DNA from: Octopus vulgaris
Lineage: Eukaryota
Direction of reading: 5' to 3'
DNA: 64,000 nt
Assembly: GCA_951406725.2 (NCBI GenBank)
Contig: OX597827.1
Location: forward strand, 83,142,001-83,206,000
Shown here: positions 13,233 through 33,480 of the stretch, one piece after another
How positions within the stretch are numbered: position 1 is the first letter of the stretch
How the letters are laid out: each line of letters starts with the position of its first letter
Notes under the pieces: generated by a model
Told to the model about the DNA's origin: nothing
The model's input: the letters and a program-made list of their open reading frames with translations, nothing else
Databases searched by the model: none
Translations under genes and position numbers: made by a program

Positions 13233-16014
13233 ATAATATGAACAAATCAATGAAGAAGGAATATTCACATTTATCAGTTGTCACTCACAACACTTCCATT
13301 GGGGGAGAAATTTAATTAATTAGACAAACCTCTTTGTTGTTGGGTCATTTACATGTTTTACTCACTATTTCATCCATCCCACTCACAGCTTCACTCACCA
13401 CACCCCTTCACTCATCTCATCTCACTCGTCATATCTACATACCAGTTAGTTTTATGTATTCCTGGCATTTTTTTTTTTCTTTGCTATATTTCTGTATTAC
13501 CCAAGTGACAAACCCATGTATACCCCCCCCCATACACACACACAATGTATCCACATCCGTCAATAAGAAGGAATATTGGTGATGTATTCCAATAAAGATA
13601 GCTATCCAATGCACACACAACAGACCTGACACTGTTCTCTGAGAGAGAGAGAACTAAAGTCAGGCACTGTTTTCGAAGTTAGCTGCCCAACAGGTGTGAA
13701 TGTCTCACCTAAAATTATGGAAAGGAGAGTGTCTCTGGTGAATAAATGAGGAACTTACAGCTTTTGTGTCCTAGCTATAGGTACTCATTTTTACCTAATG
13801 TCATAGGTGCACTCAGCCATGTAACAATAGATTTGAATAGAAATGTGGAAGTACGGAGGTTTTTCAAGAAAGAACAAAGCAAACTGATTCATATCCTCTG
13901 AATCCAATTGATGAGAGAAAATTTGTAGAATATTCCAAAGGTTCTTGATATAAGTTTCCTGGGATAAAAATATACAATCATGTGTGTGCATATGGGACAC
14001 CTATACACACACACACACACATCCCTGGAACTGTCTTGACTCCAACACTAAATTTGTCACCTCATTAGCATCCATCCACCTTGAATTCTACAAAGAAGAG
14101 CTTAATGAAACTTAAATCAAATACCCTGTACACAGGAAGTTGTGTTAACATTGCACACACTAACCTACACAGCAACCCACATCATTCAATGTTCAATAAT
14201 TCCAGTTTCCAGCCATAAAAATCTGAAACTGTGCTATGAAACGTTGGGTATTAAATAAGCTTAACATTCTGGCTTCCCAATCAATGGTTTATCTAAAATA
14301 TATTGATTCCACATGAAACAAAAAATAGATTATGTCATAACAAAACTAAGATGTATCTCAGAAAACAGAGAATATAATTAATATCATCAAGAAAAAAAAT
14401 AATAAAATTAGTTTTTAAAAAATCAAAATAAAATTACCAGAGAGAAATCTGAGAATATTAGGATAAAACAATTTGGAGGTGGGAATATGGAAAAATCTAA
14501 TGGTTGTTAGTAAGGTCTAATTATGTGTTAGACATGATAAGAAGAAGATTTATAGATGGATTTAGTTGGGTTGGTAGTAGAGGGCTACAATGGATGAGGA
14601 TATCAGGGTGAACTTACTTTTTGGGATCCATCTTCTTTTCATACTCACCACCCTGTAGGCATGGCACCAGCCCTTCGTCTGTCTGTGGGTGGTGAATCCT
14701 AACCATGAAATATACAAGATTTACTAAGTTAATGTTTCACGCCATTATTTCTGCAACTATTTCAAACTTTATTCTATTATAGCTATTTATTATCAGAAAG
14801 TTCTCAAAGAGAAATAATATTTCAGTAATGAAATATCAATACACCAACTTATTTTGTTGAGTGTTGGGTAGGTGGGATTCCCTCATTAATAATACACCTT
14901 ACCATCACCATTTAGTCAGATCAAAATTTATGAATAAATCTATTGAAGTGTTTGTCATCCCTTATTTTCACTGGATGTCAATCATATATTAGGAAACGTG
15001 GCTTCCTCACATAAAGATATCCTCTCACAGTAAAGGTGGAAAGTCATCCATAACAAAATTACTGATATAAAAAGAAGCATATGGGTTCAATATAGTTTCT
15101 CATCTTCAATCCCCTAATCAGTCTGTTTTAATATAACTAATTTGTCAATTATAAATTAGAATATTTTCTCTCAACCTTGCTAATCTGTTTATAATTTCTT
15201 TGTCAATAATTACTGACAAAATCTCAGTTTTTCATAACATTACACAAGAGTTAGACACAGTTCCTTTAGAAGATATTATTATTAACTGAAATTCTTCCAA
15301 CTTACCATTTTCTACTACTTCAAACAAAAAATTGATTTAATAAAACAAAATCAAAAAAATATAGGACGAAGGGAAAAACTGGGTTCTAATAACTGATGAT
15401 TTGGTATTGTAGGGCTGGGTAACAATAAATAAATTGAATGGCTAAAATAGTGCTTGGTATCTGAAAGGGAGATTACTATTCCACATTCCTACCTACCCAC
15501 CCGCCACCACCACCACCACTTACTGCACTGTTGTAACGGCTACACTAAACAATTTATCAGATAGGTCTTTCTAAAATTTGATCAGATTTATGTCAGAAGG
15601 TTAGTCAGTTTCGTTGATTATCTTTTAAAATAAATAACAGTAATATGGTGGTAGCCATGCAATAATAACCTAAAACATTGTGAACCTAGAAATAATTGCC
15701 CTTGTGTATGTTGAAGGACTTCAGAAGTATTTGTTTTGTTTGCCTAGTCTAGAGCATGCTATCTTTATGTTGCTGGTTCAAATCACATATATATCAACTT
15801 CATTTTCCTCAAATAAGGACCAACAAGGCAAATGAGGTGTGGGTATGAAATTATAGAAAGACAGGAATATCTAGAAATCAGCGTGAGAAGAAGAAGCTAT
15901 GCTACTTGGAAATTATAATTTGAATGCAGTGGTGAATAAATGAAAATAAGCAGTTGGCATGAAATAATGCAGTAGTGGAGAGTGTGTTGTGAAAACACAC
16001 ACACACATGGAAAG

Positions 16015-16047
<33 letters not shown>

Positions 16048-16434
16048 CAAGAAGTTGGCTGCACTCAGTGTAAACTGGTTTAGTAGCAGCAACAGTAGCA
16101 GTAATAAGAGAAGATGCCTTTACCTAATGACATAACTATTTCCATGCTGTGACTTCCTAGGAATTAGTCCTGACAGGAAACTTAATCAGTGTGTGGGGGG
16201 TGGGGGTGGGGGTTATGATGTATTATAGATGAGAACAAAGTGAGGTAGATATGCCTTGATTCAAGGGGTCGGTTATGGTGCTGGGGCAATATAAATGGTC
16301 ATAAAAAAGAGAAATGGGGGGGGGGCCCCGGCTAATAATGGCCTGTCTGACTCATCTGACACTAACATGAACAAATTAAAACAATTTACCAATCATCATC
16401 ATAATGATCATATAGCACACATACCAATAAATAC

Positions 16435-20592
<4,158 letters not shown>

Positions 20593-22640
20593 AAAGAATG
20601 CTAATGCTAATAAAAGAATGCTAATGGAAACTGAGAAAAGTCTACATCAGTCCCATGAAAAGGAGAGAGCAGATAAAGAAGATTGGGTAATAGAAAATAT
20701 AAAATCAAACCCTAAAGCTTTCTTTAAGTTTGCCAAAGAGACAGCCACAGTGCACCAGAGAATAGGACCTCTCTTCCAAAAAGATGGCTCTCTCACAGGA
20801 AATCCCACGAGGATAAGTGAAATACTGAACGAACAGTTCCAAAGTGTATTCACTACACCTCTAGGACACAGGCAAGTAAACAACCCAGAAGAATTCTTTG
20901 CCACTTTACCAGCGGCCAAAGAGACAAAAATTGAGTACATCAACATCGAAGAAGATGATATCACACTAGCCATTGATGAGATTGACACAAACTCAGCTGC
21001 TGGACCTGATGGATTCCCAGCGATCCTTCTCAAATCGTGCAAACGAGCCCTTGCAAAACCGCTACAGCTTCTTTTTCAGAGCTTTCTTGCAAGTGGTAAG
21101 CTCCCAGTCAAACTGAAAGAGGGGGTAATATGCCCTATCCATAAGGGAGGTAGCAGAGCAGATGCTAAAAATTATAGGCCTATCTCTCTGACCTCACACA
21201 TCAGCAAAGTCATGGAACGAATAGTCCGTAAGAAACTAATCATGTTCCTTGAAGAAAATGACTTACTGTCTGACACCCAGCATGGATTTCGACCAGGTAG
21301 AGGCTGCCTAACACAGCTCCTGCAACACTATGACTGGGTGTTGAAACAGCTACTAAATGGCTCAAATGTGGATGTAATATATCTTGACTTTGCAAAAGCC
21401 TTTGATAAAGTCGACCATGGTATGATCTGTCACAAACTGCGTGGTCTCGGCATAGGCGGGAAACTTGGAGAGTGGCTGCACAACTTCCTAAAAGACAGAA
21501 AACAGGCAGTTGTGAGCAATGGAGCCACCTCCAGGGAAACGCAAATAACAAGCGGTGTCCCACAGGGCACTGTCTTGGGGCCACTGATGTTCATAGTGGC
21601 CCTTTCAGACATGCCTTCAGTTGCTACGATGACCACCCTTGCTAGCTATGCAGATGACACAAAGGTCTCCCACGCAATACAGAACCCTGAAAATATTGCG
21701 CATCTGCAACATGAGCTGGACACAATATACAGGTGGGCTGAGGACAACAACATGCAGTTTAATGCAGGTAAGTTCCAGGCCCTGCGCTACTGGCACACAA
21801 AGGTAAATGACGTGAAGACTGGATACACTGGCCCAGGAAGAATTGCAATCCCTGAGTCAAAATCAGTGCGTGACCTGGGCATTGACATGAGCAATGATGC
21901 ATCTTTCCAAATGCATATTGCTAATCTGGTGATAAAATGCAGACGGCTAGCTGGATGGATTCTCCGAACTTTCAGAACAAGAGAGAAGGAGACACTGATG
22001 GTCCTATGGAAAACATTTGTCCTCAGCCGCTTGGACTACTGCTCCCAACTTTGGTCACCACACAATATAAAACAAACAGCAGAACTCGAAGCAACTCAGA
22101 GAAGCTACACAAAGAAAATCGTCTCAATGCAAAATGTCAGCTACTGGGAAAGACTGAAGGTATTAAACCTCTTCTCCCTGGAGCGGAGGCGGGAGAGATA
22201 TGCAGTAATATACATCTGGAAAATCCTGGAGGGTCTTGTCCCAAACTTTGGCATTCAAAGTTACTCCAACCGCAGAACGGGGCGCCGCTGCGTGGTGCCA
22301 AGGATTCCAACATCACCATCAAAATACAGGTCCAGATACTGCAACAGCTTGGGTTTCAGAGGACCACAGCTTTTCAACATCCTCCCTAAATGCCTGAGAG
22401 ACTTACATGGTGTGGATGTGGGTTTCTTTAAAACTAAACTGGATCTCTTCTTGTTGGGAGTCCCAGATGAACCTACCTCACGACAGGAGACACGGATGCG
22501 GGCAGCAGCATCGAACTCCCTTGTTGATCAAGTGCCACGTATCAGAGGTGGATTCACAAACTAGTGTGGCTCATTCAGCGGTGGTGCCCCAGCATGGCCG
22601 CGGCCTTCGGGCTAAAACATTTTTAAGGATTTAAGGATTT
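20593..22640 (+). mobile_element. 5'-truncated CR1-group LINE (family A related), young copy inserted in (TA)n
   Basis: Uninterrupted RT reading frame, short 3' UTR with stem-loops and terminal TTTAAGGA x2. (TA)n abuts both ends. Confidence 0.96.
20618..22564 (+). CDS. LINE ORF2 remnant: complete reverse transcriptase domain and C-terminus, AP-endonuclease domain missing (648 aa)
   Basis: Motifs [71 protein letters not shown] and LERRRERY, with no stops or frameshifts. The Met start is probably internal to the original ORF2. Confidence 0.93.
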   Translation: MLMETEKSLHQSHEKERADKEDWVIENIKSNPKAFFKFAKETATVHQRIGPLFQKDGSLTGNPTRISEILNEQFQSVFTTPLGHRQVNNPEEFFATLPAAKETKIEYINIEEDDITLAIDEIDTNSAAGPDGFPAILLKSCKRALAKPLQLLFQSFLASGKLPVKLKEGVICPIHKGGSRADAKNYRPISLTSHISKVMERIVRKKLIMFLEENDLLSDTQHGFRPGRGCLTQLLQHYDWVLKQLLNGSNVDVIYLDFAKAFDKVDHGMICHKLRGLGIGGKLGEWLHNFLKDRKQAVVSNGATSRETQITSGVPQGTVLGPLMFIVALSDMPSVATMTTLASYADDTKVSHAIQNPENIAHLQHELDTIYRWAEDNNMQFNAGKFQALRYWHTKVNDVKTGYTGPGRIAIPESKSVRDLGIDMSNDASFQMHIANLVIKCRRLAGWILRTFRTREKETLMVLWKTFVLSRLDYCSQLWSPHNIKQTAELEATQRSYTKKIVSMQNVSYWERLKVLNLFSLERRRERYAVIYIWKILEGLVPNFGIQSYSNRRTGRRCVVPRIPTSPSKYRSRYCNSLGFRGPQLFNILPKCLRDLHGVDVGFFKTKLDLFLLGVPDEPTSRQETRMRAAASNSLVDQVPRIRGGFTN

Positions 22641-24070
<1,430 letters not shown>

Positions 24071-24449
24071 TAACAACAGACACATACATAGATAGAGAAG
24101 TTTTATATATATACACACACATATACTTATGTACACAGACACATGTACATATACACACTGGATGAATTAGTCTTCCCAAAAGCATGAGTCTGCACCTGGA
24201 ATGTCATGCTTTGATCTTGTTGGCAGAGCAGTGTCAATTGCAGACATCAACATAAGCGACGACAGTCCCAGATGCAGTAACTACACTTAAAGGTACTATC
24301 TGCCACCTTGTGTATGTGTGTGTGTGTGCATGTATGCATACACACACACACATACATATATATATACATGCACACACATAAATATGTGTATATACATGCA
24401 TCCCCACCCCCACACAAACATGAACAAACATGTATACACTTACATATGT

Positions 24450-24965
24450 ATTATAAAAACTGAAGCATTCCAGAGATCAATCAGAGAAAAATTGATGACA
24501 TGGCAGGTTTTGGTTCCTGGGTTTCGCTCAAGAAGCTCAATCTCTACTCCCTGCACTGTCACCATGAGTGCTGTAACATTTGTATGATGTGAAAAATATT
24601 TCATCATTATTACCAAAATGATGTTTAGCACTGACTTCAAAATTTACCCAAGGTTTGATCCCCATGCCATCTATTCTCTACAAGAATCATGCTCACATCA
24701 CAAAACTTGAGACAACTATTTCACCTCAACTGGCCCTGTTCCCTTTAACATCCTGCCAACAATAAGAAGGGAAAGAAAAAAAACTCGAAACATTCATATG
24801 GTTCTGCAATGAATTCCTCTAACAAATTCCAGATAAACTACCTCTATAGGCATACATCTTTGCAAACAATAACTCTTTATCTGTATGGGCTATGGGACCC
24901 AAACTGTGACTGTCATATGAAACACAATTAAATGTCTTCTGGGCAAAACCTAAAGTATCTAAGTG
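24450..24965 (+). mobile_element. Old CR1-group LINE family B 3' fragment
   Basis: ACAACTATTTCACCTCAACTGGCCCTG, CCAGATAAAC and AAACAATAACTCT match 57563-58008. Tail AAAACCTAAAGTATCTAAGT. Confidence 0.8.
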
Positions 24966-25277
24966 CTTATATATATATAAAACAAACGATTTATAAGTGA
25001 CACTTATCCATCCTTTGTTATTTATTTGTTCATAATACACCTCACTGAAATCCCAACCTGTTGGACATCAAATACCGTATGACCAATATAATGCATACTT
25101 TGGTATTAGCCCATAGGCTATTAAAATACTCATAAGGGTTCAATTCTCTGTATATATAACCTGAATATTTCACTGGATGTACTTTGGTACCCATGATATT
25201 TAAGTTAATTTGGCCCAGCCTGGTGCCTTTCATTTAAGTACCTGATTCACTCAAATCCTTAATATTGTGTGTGTGTG

Positions 25278-25319
<42 letters not shown>

Positions 25320-25800
25320 AGCTTTAGGTCATCTTGCACTGCTCAGCTAATTGGGTAGCAATCTTCCTCCACCAGGTTCAGTCCTCTATGTCTCTCACAC
25401 ATCCACTCCATGTAATGGTGACCAATTTCAGGTCAACTTGAAATGTTCACAACAAAGTGATCTTTGGCTTACTCCTTTTACACCTGCCATCAGATGGTAC
25501 CCAAATCAGAGCTGTTTTTAAGTGCTGTTGATTGGTTAGACAGAGAATGTGGCCAGCCAGGCAGCATTGATGCTCTGCTACAATCTTTTGTAATAGTCAC
25601 AACTTCATTCTTCTCAGAATAATCCTCCTTTGTAACATGGCCCTGCCTCTTGACCCTCAAGGTCTTTCTGGGGCATCTTTGATGGAATACATTTAGTTTC
25701 TATCCATCTTTACTGTACTCTTCGAAATCTCATTGGCATAAACTGCAGTCGACAGAACAATGGTTACATAGATGAAATTTCACATCAGTACTGATGTTTG
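25320..25800 (-). mobile_element. RTE-clade LINE 3' fragment, degraded
   Basis: Minus-strand translation gives pieces such as IVLSTAVYANE, LNVFHQRC, LAGHIL, LIWVPSDGR..RSKPKIT and WWRKI, typical of the RTE post-RT region. Confidence 0.72.
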
Positions 25801-27979
25801 AGGCTGTCCCAGGTTCACATCACCAGTGCTGCTTACAACACTGCCCAGATGGGGCAATTAGCTCACTTCTTCTATCTTGTGGTAGAGGGTCTTTCTTAGA
25901 GCTCATTCTTGGGCCATGGATTTGCCCAACTTCATCACTTTTGTCTTGCCAGAATTTCAACAGAGCAATATTGCTAAAGTAGAACCTATTGTCAACCAAG
26001 ATTATAAGTTGTCCTATGATATAAGGGAATGGTTGTAGTCAGGCTTTGAACTGCTGGTGTGATTAGTAGTAGTGCACCATTAATTTCACAGCTAATGACA
26101 ACCTGGAGTAATGAGAAGGCAGTAAGAAAGAGTAGTTAGATGTGGTAAGATGCTCCAGTTGCTAGGTTTGATTAAAGAAACAGATTAGTTGAACTCTACA
26201 TCTAAGAAGCAGAGATGAAAGTGTATAGAGAAGCTTCCTCACTCATCATTGTCTAAACACAAAATGTAGAGATGCATAGATTTAGCAGTGAGATTGTTTA
26301 CATGATAACCAGACCCATTAATGACTGACTGTTCACAAATATTGCATAACTGATTGGGCTGGTAGGTTTACAGAATGCCATCACAAATTGCAACACTAAG
26401 CGAAACTACACTGAACACTGAATTAGGCAGTTGACTATTGTAAATGACGATGACACCAATGATGACAACGATGATGAGGGTTTCTTTTATAGACACAAAG
26501 CCAGAAATTTTGACTGGTGCTTATTTTATCAACCCCAAATGGAGGAAAAGCAAAACTGACCTCAGTGAGATACAAACTCCAAATGTAAAGATTTCTAACT
26601 AAACACCTCAGTCGGTCAAATTATCTGATAATCTCTAATTAACTGCCGAACATTAACATTCTAAATGATAATCAGCAGATATGAGAGTTAAACAATAATA
26701 ATTCTGTCTCTCTCAGTTTATCTTCTACCTGTTTCCGCAGTAATCTACACAATGCTAATGCATTCATAAGTTATAAAATACAGATTACGACATCATTACT
26801 AATTTCATCTATTATTAACTAATTCTAATACACTAAAATTAAATGAAGGTTACATTCAGTATGTTACTTTGTCTTTCTTGACCACACAATCTCCAGCAGA
26901 CTAAATAGAAGATTTTTCAAAGAATTCAATCATAATTCTTAGTCCCAAATAATATTACTTGTAGTGTACACTTACATTATTAAGTATAAAGTTGTGAAAA
27001 CTGTTACATAAGAGGTAATAGATATATAATTACATATATGTGTGAGAGATTAGAACTGTGTGTCAAGTGAACTGATGATCTTAGACCATGTGACGAAACT
27101 GAACCAATGACATCAGTGGAACTCCAACTTTAACCATTGAACAACAGCAAAAACTATTAAATTCACTTTCCATCTATTTATTAACAGTACATAACAGTTT
27201 AATGGCACATCTAAACAAGGTCATCGACACAATTTCATTGCTTGTATGCATTAGATACAAAAACAGCACATACGTCATGAAGGTCAGATATCGATAGATT
27301 TTATAGTGTGATTTACACACACACACACACACATGTAAGGGTTAGTGTCAGGTAAAGCATCTGACTATAAAACAATACCTCAAATAACAGAATTGTCCAA
27401 CCCGTGTAAGCATGGCAAAATGGAGATCAAATAAGCATATGTGTGATATAGATATATCTGTATCTGCATGCACTGTAGATACTAATATGTGTGTGTGTTG
27501 GGGCGCATGAACAAATTGGGGGAAAGTGTGTTGCAAGTAACGAATATGCGCTTAGCTTTCCAAATGCAGACAAGAAAGGTGATTTCCAAATGTTGATAGG
27601 AGAGATTGCTGAATATAGGAAACGTATTGGAGGGAAAGGAATGATTCAAGTATATCCAGCAGAGGGAGCAGGTCCTAAAGTGGGCAATTATAGGGTCACA
27701 ATGGTCATGGATATGAAGATGGGAAAGGACTATGATCATCAGGTAGAGTGGCTGAGATGATGAAAGTAGAGCTCAAAGTGGTCATTCAGCCAAAAAAGAA
27801 ATCAGTGGACAGCCAAAACACCAAAATATACATACAAAGGAAAGCATGGAAATACATCTAAACTTAATCCATTCTTTTTAAGACAACTTATAATTTTGAA
27901 ATGAAAAGAACAAATATTTATATTTTTGCATGTGTGTGTTATGTATAGTGTCTATCATTTGAATGTTCCAACTACTGGA

Positions 27980-28036
<57 letters not shown>

Positions 28037-28237
28037 TCCTTTTTCTCTCTGTCTTTCTTCCCCTTTTTCTCTATCATATGACATTGTAGATGAATAATCT
28101 GGTGTGTTTATTTTAATGGCCTATCAATGTATACAGTGCGTTTCCTTGCCCTAGGTGTCAGGAAGACACTTGGCAAGAAATGGGAACAGAATTGAAAAAT
28201 GATAATAATAATGATGATGATGATGATGATGATAATG

Positions 28238-28452
28238 GTTTCAATTTTTAGTACAAGGCCAGCAATTTCAGGAGTGGGGGGTAAGTCAATTTCATCGGCT
28301 CAAGTGTTTGACTGGTACTTATTTTACTGACCCAGAAAGGATAAAAGGCAAAGTCGACTTCAGCAGAATTTGAACTCAGAACATAAAGACACATGAAATA
28401 CTGCTAAGCATTTTGCCCAGCATCCTAACGGTTCTGCCAGCTTGCCGCCTTA
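28238..28452 (-). mobile_element. SINE family S1 copy
   Basis: Homologous to 3911-4142 (AAAGGCAAAGTCGACTTCAGCAGAATTTGAACTCAGAAC); flanked by (AAT/GAT)n. Confidence 0.88.
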
Positions 28453-29364
28453 AATAATAATAATGATGAAGATGATGATGATGTCTAATATAGGCACAAA
28501 ACTACAACCTTTACAGGTGGAATATGGCCAATTAGATATAACAAAGGATTTTTTCAATGGTATTTAAGGTGTTGGTCAATGAAGGGGTTTAATCAAAGGA
28601 GCTAAAGACGTGTATCTAATTCCTGCAGACTCTTTTATTGCACAAATCTCTTCCAACATGTCACACCTCACAATATTTCAAACACAGAAACACACCCAGA
28701 ACAATCAGCGGATGACATAATTAATTAGGTAGTCAAACTTAATTAGTCATTGGGAGCCCAGCATATATTTCTGAAGAACACCACTTCCTCAACCTGATAT
28801 CAATCTCGTGGATTATACATAATCCATTTATTCTGATTTAGATTTAATCAATTTCTAAATTTAAGGATTTTTAAACATTATGACATTTGATTCAAACATC
28901 AATAAATCATTGTCTACACACACACACACACACACACACGTATGTTACATATAGATATATATGTGTAAATTTATAAATTTAATGAGAGCAACACAAATAA
29001 CATAATAAATGAAACAAATCCGTTACACTTTGTTAGATAATACTGTCATATGTATGCAATGTTGTAATAGGTTGCAATACCGAACTACAAATTAACTAAT
29101 TAATTATTCACTAACTAGTAGACTAATACAGCAACCTAAACTGGATGATAGTAATCAATATTGTTATACAATAAAACTAATGATAATCAACAGTGTTAAT
29201 GTATGGCACAATCTATCGGAGTCACAATTGTATGGTTTTAGACAACAGAAGGAAATATTTTACCTACTTTTTCTCCTTACTGTAGAACAAAGTATTTAAT
29301 AAAGATGGAGAAATATTTGTTAAACTCTTTATACAAATCTACAACGGAAATAGTTTTGAAGTTA

Positions 29365-29403
<39 letters not shown>

Positions 29404-29698
29404 GTGTGTGTGCGTGTGTGTGTGCGTGCGTGCGTGTGTGCGTGCGCACATACATGTGTTCTAGAAGCAAAATATCTTTGAGTGTTAAGTAAACAACATT
29501 AACTATTTCTTATTCATCAGGCTAGAGTGGCTATGTCTACCAGAGCAGTGCAACGACAACAATATTGCTGTACCATGTGAAACTTTCATTTCTGTCAACA
29601 TTCCATACAGGATCTGAATCGCAAAGAAAACCACTTCATTTCACCTCAAGTTTTTTCACCGTCACTCAAATCATCAACCAACAAGTGACTACAAATAC

Positions 29699-29734
<36 letters not shown>

Positions 29735-29778
29735 TACGCCACTGTCACTGCCACTGTCATCATCATCATCATCATCAT

Positions 29779-30020
29779 GGTGGCAACTGGCATGCTGGAC
29801 AAAATGCTTAGCAGCATTTCATCTTCATCTGTCTTTACATTCTAAGTTCAAATTCCACTGAGGTCAACTTTGTCTTTCGTCCTTTCAGGGTTGATGATTA
29901 TTTATTACGTATTTCAGGGTCAGAATCTGTACCAGTTGAACAATGAGGTCAATGTAATGGAATAGTCTCCTCCTCCTCCTCCTCCCACCAAATTGCAATC
30001 CATGGGCCTAGAGTAAAAAG
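29779..30020 (+). mobile_element. SINE family S1 old copy
   Basis: GTTCAAATTCCACTGAGGTCAACTTTGTCTTTCGTCCTTTCAGGGTTGAT. Confidence 0.78.
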
Positions 30021-30622
30021 GATTGTTGTTGTTGTTGTTGTTGTTTTACATTTGCCAATGAAAGATGATTCAGCTGCAGGTAACAACAAACTAAACAGTT
30101 TTATTGTTGTTAAACCAGAAGAAAGAGTCTGCTGCCAATATCTCTAGGTGTAGTATTCACATCACAAGTATTTGAATAGCTTCTTGCCCATTCTATCATC
30201 TCAACAGATTTGAGTTAACTAGATAAATCAGTAATTAGCAAAAATGCTAGTTAACTCCTGTTAATTTGTCAACTACCATCATTGAGTTTAAAACTTCATC
30301 ATTGTTGTACCATCACCACCCGTCCTGCCAGAGCAAAGATTTTACTAAAAAATATTTGCCTGTCAACTACGTATTTATCATTTGGGATTCTTAATTATTA
30401 TGAATTTAGTTTCCATGATATTAATAAAGTAATTTATTGGTGTTGTTCATTTGAGATGCCAATGTATACTGAGTGAAGTACTGAGACATGTGTGCGTAAC
30501 AAACTAACTTCAACCAGATATGGTATCTTAAGTATTGCTACATTCAATACTGGCCGATGAAACTCCTTCATTTTCTGTTAATTTGATCTAAAACGTATTG
30601 ACAAGAAACATTATCTACAATA

Positions 30623-30675
<53 letters not shown>

Positions 30676-31220
30676 TTAATTCTAATAGCACCACCAAACA
30701 CACTTCAGTGTCAATACCATTTCACGAGACTACAAATAGTGACAAGAAGAATCCTTCTGAAATAAGATTCAAAATAAGTTAATCTTCCATTTTGTTGATA
30801 ACAGAAATATATAACCCAGCATGCAACTGTAAAAATAGAGTCTGTAAGACTAGATTAGTCTGGACGAGAGGAGATTTAGAAACACCCTGTCTGTCCTCTG
30901 ATCAAACTCTACAGTATTTCAACAACATTTAATTTTCCATCAAATACAATGTCACCATCTTCACCAGTATAAAACAATCTAGCAATAAAAACATGTCCTA
31001 ACCATTAAAGTAAATAAGTGAGATCTACTCTGAAACTACCCTGACACCAACGATGAACATAAGCGCTAATCCAAACCACTAGAGGTTATTAAAATCATCA
31101 TTTAGTCAAGTAGATTACCAACAAAATGAGGTAGAGGGTTTCTTTTGACAACTATATCCAACAATAGAAACAAAAATATGGAGGCACCTTATGAAATAAT
31201 GAGGAGTGAATAGGGTTTAT

Positions 31221-31323
<103 letters not shown>

Positions 31324-32191
31324 TAATGAGGTGGACAGATTTAGATTAATATTTTGTATATTCAACAGCCAATTGATTGCACTGCTTACAAGAAGAGTTT
31401 CTCTGGTGCTAAATCAAAAACACATTGTTTTTAATATTCCTTTTTAATTATGAATGTAAGAAGATAAGTGATTAAATAACAGACAAAGCAATTTTAAAAC
31501 TACATTTAATATAGTAATTTTCTAACTAAAATTGTTTTAAATAAGTAAAATGGTAATGGGTCAGCAACTGTCTCAGGTGCACACTGCCTGGCTGGCTAAT
31601 AAACTTATAAATCCAAATTCTTAGGCAGAACCGTTCAAAACAATTAGTCACCCCTCCAGTGATGCTGTGGTGGTGGTGGTGATGGTGGTGGTCGAACCCC
31701 ATCAGTGAATAAATTCAATAAATACCCAATCAAGTATTGGTAAGAGAAACTGGTGCCTTATTAACTATTGCTAGCTACAATATTTAATTGTTGCTACAGA
31801 AATAGCCCCTTCTGTTCAGACAGCTTGGCAGAGATACCATCAGTGGAATGAAGATGTAAAAGGAAAGAAAAAACAACAAAGCAACTATCTTGTCTAGCAA
31901 TGCAGTTGTGGTAGAGTAAGGTTTTCTCTGCAGACACAATCAATATGTTATATTTGGGGGTTTACTGCAACACAGAAACACACAGTCTACCAGCCTCATA
32001 TTCTGCTGCTAACAGCAGGTCTCATGCAAATCTGTTCTTTACTGCAAACGTAAATGAATATTAGCTTGAATTTCCCAACTGTTAATTTCTGTTTTCCATA
32101 TTAATAGAGCATATATAGAGAGTATGAAGACTGTAAAAGGAAGGAGGGATGGGGAGAGGAAATGAGAGGGGGAGGGAGGGAGGGATGGATG

Positions 32192-32335
32192 TAATACTGA
32201 GTATGACCTGGTAGTGGGGCTCTGGTTGGGGAGTTCCTGGGTTTTGAGGGGTGTGGCACTTCCTCTTAACCACTATTGTCCACACATCTACTCTGAGCTA
32301 GAGTTGTAGCACCTTTTAGGGTCCCAGCTATGGGA
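32192..32335 (+). repeat. Old interspersed repeat, unclassified; inverted homolog at about 40535-40680
   Basis: TGGTAGTGGGGCTCTGGTTGGGGAGTTCCTGGGTTTTGAGG...GTAGCACC..AGGGTCCCA aligns with the reverse complement of 40535-40680. Confidence 0.65.
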
Positions 32336-33036
32336 TAACAATTAATATGTGATGACACTTTGAGTGCATAGACACAGAAATACCCTTGGTTGGTGTCAGG
32401 GCACACAGTAAAATAACCAGGAGAGAAGGACCCCTAGCTGTTGTCACAGTATCTTCGTAGGAGAGGGAGACTCGTGTAAAACCTGCAGGCCATCTTGCTT
32501 CAACCTGTCATGAGGCAATAATCATGGAGATTCAAAGAGTTGCATTTCTGTTGTACAAGTGTCTATCACTCTGATCCATAAAGACATCTCTTGATGATGG
32601 GAGCTCATTTGTCATTCTTTCTACTGCAAGTGGCAACGGAGGAGGCTGACCCGATCAGTTGGAAGGACATAGTTAAATTACAACTTTCAACAGTCGCTTA
32701 TGCCTTCAAACCATGCACAACTGCAATGGGGATTAAATAATTATCTGAGAGGTCATGGATCTGTGAAGATGGAGTAATCACCATGTATGTATGTAGGTTT
32801 GTACACGTACGTACACACACTTCAAATCATTCAACTGTGGTCATAATGGGGCAACCTCTTGAAGCATTTAGTCAATCATATTGAAACCGGTACAAATTTT
32901 ATCAGTTTCTACTTGTTGCACAGCAGACAACAGGATAAAAGCAGACACTGTTTTTGTTTGTCTTTGTTTTTTTGTTTTTCAACATAAAGTCAGATATAGA
33001 AACATATGTACACACACACACACACGGACGGACGGA

Positions 33037-33207
33037 CGCGCACACAGGCATGACCGTCTGGAATCGAAGTTTGTTTTGCCACTCCAAAGTTTTGGGTTCT
33101 ATCCCAATGCATGACTCCTTGGCCAAGTGTCATCTGCAAAAGACTCCAGTAAGTCAATGCTTTACAAGTAAAATTGATGAGTGGAAACTGTATGGAAACT
33201 TGTTCAT

Positions 33208-33264
<57 letters not shown>

Positions 33265-33480
33265 GCACACACGTTTTCATGTGGGCAACAGCAGGTGATA
33301 TATTTAGCTGTCCTATAAACAACATCCTGTAATGTGTGAAGGTCATAGGAATAGAAAACGTTAGTTGACAAACAGGTACAGGTTAGCAATAGGAAGGGTA
33401 TCAGGCCATAGAATAACAATTCAATAAGTCTCATGCAACCCATAACCAGAGAGAAAAAAATGGATGTATAAATTATTGAT
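33037..33480 (+). mobile_element. Old SINE with an S2-like head and an RTE-type tail
   Basis: Head GGGTTCTATCCCAATGCATGACTCCTTGGCCAAGTGTC, internal (CT)n, tail GGTTAGCAATAGGAAGGGTATCAGGCCATAGAA. Confidence 0.6.

Noticed and set aside
20647-22634. Short overlapping and antisense ORFs within the LINE
   Set aside because: Shadow frames of the RT ORF with no independent motifs.
27491-27760. 89-aa ORF with protein-like composition
   Set aside because: No convincing splice context or family motif; possibly an eroded LINE endonuclease region, but not supportable.
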